NCBI RefSeq assembly: GCF_006345805.1
Contig: NC_043000.1
Span: 116,870,001-116,934,000, forward strand
Direction of reading: 5' to 3'
DNA from: Octopus sinensis
Lineage: Eukaryota
DNA: 64,000 nucleotides
A program made the translations under genes and the position numbers. Below are positions 54,817 to 64,000 of the stretch, in pieces. Every line of letters starts with the position of its first letter. Position 1 is the first letter of the stretch. The notes beneath the pieces were generated by a model. That model ran no database searches. It was not told the origin of the DNA and worked only from the letters and a program-made list of their open reading frames with translations.

Positions 54817-54937
54817 TGATATTAATTATATTTTTTAATAATTTTGTTACATATTTAAATAATATAAATTAATCATATGTATTGGCTTAAGTTTTTCATT
54901 GTTTGATTTGCCTAATAGTGGTTTTGTCTCTAATTTA

Positions 54938-54985
<48 letters not shown>

Positions 54986-55535
54986 CATACATAAATATAT
55001 ACACATGCACACACAAATATCATAACGCGATTCTTATCCTGGTATTCTTTCATAATTTAATAAATAATTTAAATAAAATAATTATTTTTACTCCAGACCA
55101 GAATAGCATTTACTGCTTCACTGTTCCTATAACATACACGTTAGCTGTCGTGAGGAAATTTATATATGGACTTTCCTTGGATCTGTTCGTGCAAATATTT
55201 GTATGTAAACGTGTGAACTTATGCACAATTATTTGGACTTACACGGTATGTGCAATTATTTAGATTATATCTCCCCCCATATATTCACAAATAACGTGAG
55301 GCCTTTTAAATTTTTCTCACTAGTCCGCTTTCAGCCATGTGTGGATTTAGCAGGAATTTTTGTTAGTTTTTTGAAGGTATCGGCACTTCAAGCATTGTCG
55401 TTTTCGCCCTAGTTCCCTTGATATAATTATATACATATGTACATTATTATTAATTTACTGTATTTAATGGCCAATAAATTTTTATAGCATGCTGACTACT
55501 TGATAAAAATCATTAATGTGATTTGTATCCTCATA

Positions 55536-55574
<39 letters not shown>

Positions 55575-55799
55575 TATATTATCAAACACACACAGTGTGT
55601 TTGCCAGGCGGCTGCGATTTGATGTTATGGAGATGACTCTTTCAAAGCGCCGGGTGTTAAAAAACCTAAAAGTCATAGCCATAGACAGGCGAGAGAACTC
55701 ATCCCAAGGCCCATTGAGGAGTGACAGATATTTTGGCTTATTAACATGTGTGGCTTATCATCTCACGTATCTCAACCGAACCGGAGGTAAATTGAATAG

Positions 55800-55841
55800 C
55801 GTGTCCCTGACTATATGTTTTTACATATAGTCAGGGACACG
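55800..55841. repeat. Perfect 19-bp hairpin with TTTT loop
   Basis: CGTGTCCCTGACTATATGT-TTTT-ACATATAGTCAGGGACACG. Confidence 0.95.
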
Positions 55842-56497
55842 GTGTAAAAACCATCTGCTAGTAAGTACGAAAGATGCATACATAGGAATAAAATTAAATA
55901 CGAATTAGAAGCAGCGCCAGTGTTCTAAACATTATCGAACACACATACACAATGTATGTACCTTACTTGTTCACCGCCGCTGTCGTTGTTTTCGATAAGA
56001 TTTTGTACACAATTTAGTACTAACCTGCTTCTCATTCCACAATGAACCAGTTACAGAGGTATTCAATCAAGCGCGTTATCGATTCTGCCAGCGCGCCGTT
56101 TTACTGAGATAAAAATGAAAATCGTGAAAGTAAAAGAAATTAAAGATATATTTTCCTTCAAATTTCATGATACACGTACAAACAAAACGAAAACATAAAA
56201 AAAAATGAAATGGTAATTAATTTTCAAAATATAAATATTTAATTCAAAATGAATATTTCAGGTGTGATTTGCAAATATATATATATATATATCACCAACT
56301 ATAACACTGTTTAATTATTAATAAATGACAGATGTAACATAATCAGTAATTGTATATAATGCAGCGTGTTCATATGTCGTGACGAAGGAAGCAAACTTGA
56401 TTGGTGACATATGCTTAAAGTACTCTTTTTCTTTCTTCATAAACTCACATATACACTCATACAAAAGTGTTTTAGTGTATACTATCATACGTTCTGT

Positions 56498-56820
56498 GAA
56501 GGCGCAAGGCTCAGTGGTTAGAGCGTCGAGCTTACGATCGTGAGGTTGTGAGTTCGAATCCCGGACCGAGCAGCGTGTTATGTTTTTGAGCAAGACACTT
56601 TATTTTACATTGCTCCAGGTCACACAGCTGTAGAAATGAGTTGCGACATCACAGGTGCCAAGCTGTATCTGCTGTTGCCTTTTTCTCAAGGATAACACTG
56701 GTGGCGTGGAGAGGGGATGCCGGTATGCATGGGCGACTGCTAGACTTCCACCTTGCCGGGACTTGTTCCTGGGAGGGTAACTTTCTAGGCGCAGACCCAC
56801 AGTCAGTCATGACCGAAGGC
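56498..56820 (+). mobile_element. SINE family C
   Basis: GGCTCAGTGGTTAGAG and GAGTTCGAATCCC; homologous to 16274-16605. Confidence 0.9.
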
Positions 56821-56950
56821 TGTCTCAGCAGCATACGTTCTATGTGTGTGTATATATGTGTGTATATGTGTGTGTGTTAGCGTATACAAATGCGTTTATA
56901 TGACTGACTGTATTTGTACGTGTGTGTTTAGATATATAAGCATATATATA

Positions 56951-56989
<39 letters not shown>

Positions 56990-57044
56990 TACATACATAC
57001 ACACGTACATACATACTTGCACACATACGTATACTGTGTATATA

Positions 57045-57084
<40 letters not shown>

Positions 57085-57085
<1 letters not shown>

Positions 57086-57242
57086 TTTATTTAAAGCAGC
57101 AGAAAATTCAACAAAATCTGTTACTCTGAGTTTCTCGTTGCCGTTCATCAGACAGTTTTTTCTAGCAAAAACTGTCTGATGAACGGCAACGAGAAACTCA
57201 GAGTAACAGATATTGTTGAATTTTCTGCTGCTTTAAATAAAG
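57085..57242. mobile_element. 158-bp palindrome carrying back-to-back hammerheads (57172-57209 +, 57118-57155 -)
   Basis: 76-bp arms with one mismatch around TCTAGC; each reads CTGT-CTGATGA-ACGGCAACGA-GAA-ACTCAGAGT-A-ACAG. Confidence 0.88.
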
Positions 57243-57707
57243 CATATTACTCTACCACTGGTATTTGAGTACTCTTTTTTCCACCTTGTTTCACATTTAT
57301 GTGTTTACTCCGGGTTTCGTGGCATAGCGTGAATAGGGAAAGAAATTTAAACGCATGAAGAAGCACCAAGCCTTTCGTTTGCAATTGACGTTGTGTTATT
57401 TCGACTGCTTGTAATTGCAACTCAGAAATCGCGTGAAGTAATTCTCTCGTTTACTGCTGTCATCCACTTTTAATTGCTGTACACACGTGAACAGATATGG
57501 CTTCGAATTTAGACTTTTCAACATCCGTCCGCATGACCTCCTGCTTATGTGAGACCGCAACACCAATTTCAGTGTTGACTTCATTGAACTTTGAGTAACC
57601 ATTTGTCGAATAGCTTCAGGCATTTGAACTGTAGGGGCTTCTTTGCTTTGGAGTTTTGTGCACTGATCTCTTAGTGCGTCACTTGTTAATGAACATTTGT
57701 ATTTCTC

Positions 57708-58083
57708 TATTCTCTTTTACTTGTTTCAGTCATTTGACTGCGGCCATGCTAGAGCACCGCCTTTAGCCGAGAAAATCTACCCCAGTGCTTATTCTTCGGA
57801 AGCCTAGTACTTATTCTATCGGTTGTCAAGCGATGTTATAGGGGGGACAAACACAGACACACAAATACACACACACACACACACACACACGCACATATAT
57901 ATATACATATTTATATACGACGGGCTTCTTTCAGTTTCCGTCAACCAAATCCACTCACAAGGCTTTGGTCAGCCCGAGGCTATAGTAGAAGACACTTGCC
58001 CAAGGTGCCACGCGTTGGGATTGAACTCGGAACTATGTGGTGGGTAAGCAAGCTACTTACCACACAGCCACTCCTGCGCCTAT
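57708..58083 (-). mobile_element. SINE family B, full length
   Basis: Head, core, linker and tail all present. Confidence 0.92.
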
Positions 58084-58410
58084 TATTCTCTTTACTAGTA
58101 ACATGACTTAAAAATTTCACGTATTTGCTTGACAGAACCTGGTCTCACAAACGCTTCCATAAACTTTATTCTTTCTGCTGTTGAGCATGTCATCTTGCAA
58201 AAATGATAGAGATATTCACTAAAGGCAGTATTACTATCAACTAACGTGGTGAGGATGCGGCGAGGATAACGTAGCAAACAGTTGACTAGTGTACCATCTT
58301 TAGCACTTATTTCGGTATTTACACTATGTTACGGCTACTTTTTCGTGCACCACCCTGTATAAATTTAGTTATAACAAAGAACATGGTGGTGTCTGTATAG
58401 ATTTAGATTT

Positions 58411-58816
58411 GGGGGGCGAGCTGTCAGACATGTTAGCTCGCCGGGCGAAATGCTTAGCGGTATTTCGTCTGCCGTTACGTTCTGAGTTCAAATTCCGCCG
58501 AGGTCGACTTTGCCTTTCATCCTTTCAGGGTCGATAAATTAAGAACCAGTTAAGGCACTGGGGTCGATGTAATCGATTAATCTGTTTGTTTGTCCCCTCT
58601 GTGTTTAGCCCCTTGTGGGTAGTAATGAAATAGGTATTTCGTCTGCCGTTACGTTCTGAGTTCAAATTCCGCCGAGGTCGACTTTGCCTTTCACCCTTTC
58701 GGGGTCGATAATTAAAGTACCAATTTGGCACCGGAGTCGATGTAATCGACTTTAATCCGTTTGTCTGTCCTTGTTTCTCCCCTCTATGTTTAGCCCCTTG
58801 TGAGCAATAAAGAAAT
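58411..58816 (+). mobile_element. Dimeric SINE family A: full unit plus 5'-truncated unit
   Basis: Junction GAAATA|GGTATTTCGTC at 58632/58633; flanks TATAGATTTAG / TATAGATTCAG. Confidence 0.92.
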
Positions 58817-60519
58817 ATATAGATTCAGTTTTTTTTTAATTCAGTTCTCTCCTAATAATAGAGCTTTGTGTTTGAAAAATATATAAAGGTTTCTAAAGTT
58901 TCCGATATTCGTGTTGTAAGAAGCTATCCTTCTTAAATATTTTGCTTATTCAAAACAAATTTGTTTTATAATGTTGCCTTTAGTTGTTTCTTAGAAAACA
59001 AATTGCTCTCCCCTTATAAATTCCTCTTGATTCCAAATTAAATTTTTTTCCTATTTATAACATTCTACCTGGAATTTAATTCCAAGTATGAGATTTGAAT
59101 ATAAAGTAGTTCGTTTCTCTTCTATTTTATATATATTTATATCTGTTTTTATGCACAATTTAAGCATTGATTAGTTAAATGATACATATCGCTTTGGTGA
59201 AACGGATAAACGATAAATAAAATGAAACACAAACATTATATAAATAAATAAATGGATGTATATAAGAAATAAAACAAAGCAATATAGCTCAGAAAAATAT
59301 TTTTTGCTCTTTTATAAAATTTTCTCAATTTTCCAACATTGATTATTTAAGTATATTTATGTATTTATTTTTATGAGTTTTTTTTTGTCTACGACACAAG
59401 TTTCATATAAGAATAATTAAAGAATTTCAAATGATATATGTTTATAATCGATATTCAGATATTTTGCCCTATTTGTAATTTTTAAATATTCAGCTCTGTT
59501 ATTCAGCTCGATATGATATTATTTACCTAAGTATTTCTTTTTGTAAAAATCCATCTAAATATATTTAAAACAAAACGAAAAACAGCAAAAGAACTCACAC
59601 GTAAACACGTATCTGTGTGTATCTGCGCGTGCGTACGTGTATATATATATATGTATGTATTTGCATTTTCAGGTGTATGTGTTTATTTATGTTCGTATGC
59701 TGTTGTTTGTTGTTGTCTATCGTGTAGTGATCAGGAAGGTCTTCTTAGTTATTTAATAGAATTATGAAGCCTGCTTCTTATAGTTTTTCTATTCAAACAT
59801 TTATTTATAATTTTCCGGCTAGCTGGATTTGAGTTCTGCATTTCAGCAACACGTCAAAAGATATGTCATCCGTTATTTCCTTCAAGCTCCGTACAGAATC
59901 TTGGGGGAATAAATTTATAAATCGTACATTCAATGCGAGGATGTTTTACTCTAGACTTTTCTTCAAGAAAGGACATATAGGTCCAATACATTTGATGTGG
60001 ACAAGCATATTGCAGAGAAGCAAAAATCATTTTTAGAGAGTAGAGCTTTTGGATGAGCACATAGAGACTACCGCAAATGCCTCAGATTGTAACTTACAAT
60101 CAACATGACTGAAATAAAGAATTCGTAACAAAGAAGACACAATAATCAAATAACCATAGAATGAAAGATGAATTATATGCCTCTATTTCGTTGTCGGACA
60201 AGTTTTCCTAAGGCAAGTAAGTTGACTTGCGCAACGCAATGAAAATTCTCGTGAAAAACTAACCAAAATCAGTTTGGATAAATAAGAACTCGAACTCAAG
60301 TGCAAGGGACAATTATTGACAGATCAGTTTTATACGACATAGGCACTTCAAGTTTCCAGTCTAATTTCAAATAGAAGCTCGGTTGTGTTTGTTTAGCATT
60401 GGGTCAGCTGAGATCAAGTAAATCTATGATGAAAGACATTACAATAAATAGGATATGATTTGTGTGGCATCAGCCTTATATCTCTTGTAGCTCGAGTGAC
60501 TCGTCATCGTCATGTATCA

Positions 60520-60810
60520 TAGGCATGCCGCTCATCGATAACACTACAACAAAATCCTCCCGATTAAGCGCAAGTTCTCCATCTGCCTTGCCTATCTGCT
60601 CCAACCAGTTCTTGATATTACCCATCCATTGCGTTCTTTGCTGTCTCTTCTGTTTTTCAAACCTCTGCTTCTTTAAATATGGTCGTAATAGGTGAGCTTT
60701 TGTTTTTCCCACTGTGTAGGGTCTGTCGTCTTTTACCTACTTGTAACACCCATTCATTTGTTCGACGTAACATTCTCCTATACATCCACATTTCAAACGC
60801 ATCGTTATCG
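60520..60810 (-). mobile_element. RTE-clade LINE 3' coding remnant
   Basis: DAFEMWMYRRML...TNEWVL and RQQRTQWMGNIKNW. Confidence 0.8.
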
Positions 60811-61692
60811 GCACACAGATATTCTAGACATTCAAAATATAAACTACTGAAAAGAGATTTAATAGACTTAACTAGTGATGCCGTATCTAACAGACAAACT
60901 AAATAACGTATAATTCATCAAAAGATTTATATGGATCAGACGATTCGAGGATTTAGATTCCCGTATGAAAAAAATATATACGATAAAAAGATTGATGGTG
61001 AAATCTAAGAAATGACAGCACATTTACTTTAGGTAGGAGAATTTTATATAAAATCCATGAAAAAATTCCAACGGAAAGTTGGAATTGAGCCAAACATGAA
61101 GCTGATTAAATTCTACGTCATTAAAATACAGACAGCGTCTGATGCTCAGCTAGCATTCATTAGGTCTAGCATTCGAAACTTGGACTTAGTGGCACGGTCA
61201 TTTTACGTTGCTTTGGTCTACTGAATTACTTATCGGCCGAACGCTATTATAACCGTCTTGGCTTCCAGTTGTCACATCCTAATTGTTCCAATGTGTACAT
61301 GGAAGGAGGGCTGAAACAAATCCACTGAAATATTATAGATTTTGAAACTTTAATGTCCATTTCACATCCATATGATATCAAAAATATTATATGATAGGAT
61401 TGGGAATGCAGAAACAAATGTATGTGGTTTGTGGAAACGTACGTAGCAATGCATTAAAGGATTTATGAATTTCAACTCAAAAGGTCTCGTAAATACTATA
61501 TTTACCCTACGCTTGTAACGGTAGCAGATTAATATCCATTCCATAAAGTTACTCTGGAAGATGGGAATAAAGAGTATGGGGGCATTTTATGAATGCGTTC
61601 AAAAGTTCAAAAACGTTTTACATAAACGAACTTAAAAGATCTGTATATACATACATACATACATACATATAAAAATACACGCATACACACAT

Positions 61693-61778
<86 letters not shown>

Positions 61779-62093
61779 GAACGTTTCCCGATGAAAATAA
61801 AGCTATAGCTAATCCAGTCTATTGCAGGCACAAGAACTGAGACATCTGGGTTGGGGATTGATCGATTACATTGACCCTTGTTCTTAACTGGTGCTTATTA
61901 AATCGACCTCGAAAGATGAAAGGCAAAGTCAACTTTAGCGGAATTTGAACTCAGCGGTTAAGAACTTTGTCCAACGTGCTAAATTTCTCCAGTTCGCCAT
62001 CTTAAGAAAGCTATAAATAGCGCGTAAATATTGGGATAAAAGACACAATGGGTAACAAAATTTTTCTACACCATCATATATATATATAGGTGC

Positions 62094-62125
<32 letters not shown>

Positions 62126-62398
62126 AATAATTAAGATACAGTTGAATTAGGTGCTTGAGTTGAGGTACCAAGTCAGTCCATTATTGTCCGCACAGCTCGA
62201 AGTAAGGTAAATAAAAAGTAAATAAGTAACAAGGATGTCCAAGTTTTGGTGCATTATGGCCATTTGAAACTGATATAATGATTGCATTGATCAATTAAAT
62301 GGTGCCGCTTGAAACGGCGGTAATGCACTAATACCTGGACATCCTTATTACTTATTTGCTTTTTACATGTCAATATGCGTGTTTTGTATATATGTGTA

Positions 62399-63956
62399 TC
62401 TCTATATATATAAAACTGAGAATGTGTGCCTGTCTGTCTGTCTGTCTGTGTGTTTCCCTAAAACTTGAGAACTACACAACCAATTTCATTCAAATTTTAC
62501 ACATGCCTTACTTAGGGTCCGGCGAGTGTCATCGGCAAAAAATATTTTAACTTTTTGCCTAGGGCGAGCCCACAGCAATATCATATCTTCTCCACTACGA
62601 TTCCCTAAAACTTGAGAACTACACAACCAATTTCATTCAAATTTTACACATGCCTTGCTTAGGGTCCATGTAGTTTCATGGGCAAAAGATGTTCAATTTC
62701 TTGCCTGGGGCGAGCCCATAGCAATATCATATCTTCTCCACTATTTCAGTATTACGTGTTAAAAGTGAAACAAAAACATTTCTCTATTTTATGTCAGATA
62801 CTTTCACTTTAACAATAAAAAATAGAGATAATAATAATTGAATTATATGTAGTAAGTAATAATTAAAATCAAACTAAAGTATAATATAATCGTAACATAA
62901 CAAAAGTAAAAATAGCAATTGGTATAAAATTGCATCAATGACTTGAACTTGAATAAGTGGTTTCACATGAATGGGAATAAATTAAATAAAATCAACTGCG
63001 TACTGCTTTTTGATTCACCGTACGGTTTCTTGTTATTATTATTACTGTTTAACTATTGTTATCACATTTGTTGCTTCCTCGTAAGGGAAACGTTGTTGTG
63101 TTGCATTTGTTAAATAATTGTAAACTGTAACCCTCCCCCTTTGGGTGAAGGAGCTTTGGTTATTGTTTAGAAATTGAATTGTGTCCCTGTTTGGGGAAAT
63201 TGATAATATTTTCACCGTTTACACGGAAGCATTTTTGTTAGAATGCCTTCGATAGAAGAAAGTCAAAAAATGAATTTCGCTGCAGCCGTCGGCGGGCGCG
63301 AACTCATTAAAATTTAAATGTAAGAAATACAAACCTATTTCGGATTGATCACCGACAAAGACGGTGAATCTAGGATAACACCACCAAACGAAATAAAAAA
63401 TTAAATTAAAAAAAAGGCTATTGTCTATAAAGTATACAATGTAGAGAAAAAAAGATTTGAACAACTGGAGGAAAACACCATCGAAAAGTGTCTTGGTGCG
63501 ACTATGAAAGATATCAAGTATCTAACCAGAGGCGGTTAATTCGCCACAATAGAAGCAAGGTTCGAGTCAACGGAGCGTGCAAGGGAGTACTCGACTCTAA
63601 CCTTGCAAAGTGGAAATATTTTATTTTTACCTTTATATGTGGGACTTAGGACGTCCCGGATAAAAATTTAAAATGTCCCCCCAGAAGTAGAGGTAGGCTG
63701 TATTGTAGCCACACTTCTATACAAGAGGGAGGACAAGATACTATTGATCGAAACTGCAAGAGACGGGCCTACAATTCCAGGCTGTTATATATTTTGAGTA
63801 TTGTTATCACTAGCGATATCAAGATATAGCCATGTATTTTGTATTTTATGTGTAGATGTATATATATATAGATGTACATGTAATATGTACACATATATAT
63901 ACACATATATACATGCACTAGCACTATGACCCGGCAACGACGGGTCATAATGCTAG
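62399..63956 (+). mobile_element. Helitron-like element, probably composite, with an internal 147-bp tandem repeat and cargo
   Basis: A|TCTCTATATATATAAAACTGAG-(microsatellite) 5' end; tandem units 62454-62600 / 62601-62743; 3' TATGACCCG-GCAACGA-CGGGTCATA hairpin then CTAG|T. Confidence 0.7.
63243..63797 (+). pseudogene. Decayed ~185-codon reading frame, resembling a LINE ORF1/gag-like protein
   Basis: One frame with no shifts and five internal stops: MPSIEESQKMNFAAAVGG...KAIVYKVYNVEKKRFEQLEENTIEKCLG...IKI*NVPPEVEVGCIVATLL. Confidence 0.55.
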
Positions 63957-64000
63957 TACATATATATATATTACATGTATATATGGTTTATATATATATA

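Noticed and set aside
58310-58342. CACCACCCTGTA Tc1/mariner-like terminus
   Set aside because: No partner TIR or transposase remnant found nearby.

Overview
Repeat-saturated, AT-rich animal DNA. The SINE families, microsatellite load and LINE types point to an Octopus genome (inference; no search was run). No intact protein-coding gene is supported. The long ORFs in the track are microsatellite read-through or decayed transposon coding sequence, and there is one weak candidate host exon at 20213-20416. The window contains many tRNA-derived SINEs and fragments of Penelope-like (RT + GIY-YIG), R4/Dong-like, HERO-like, CR1 and RTE retroelements. It also has two mariner derivatives, a Tc1 remnant, a hAT MITE, three Helitron-like elements, a 28S rRNA fragment, an 813-bp tandem duplication and several near-perfect palindromes. 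The most striking signal is a set of minimal type-I hammerhead ribozymes with palindromic stem III. They sit in at least five different short non-coding elements, often arranged as inverted repeats. One of these elements is fused to a tRNA-derived Pol III head, and a decayed hammerhead of the same design lies at the end of the autonomous Penelope remnant. Together this suggests a Penelope-dependent set of ribozyme-bearing non-autonomous retroelements (SINE/retrozyme-like); whether it is undescribed needs a library and literature check. Protein motif and family assignments are by eye from recalled consensus motifs.
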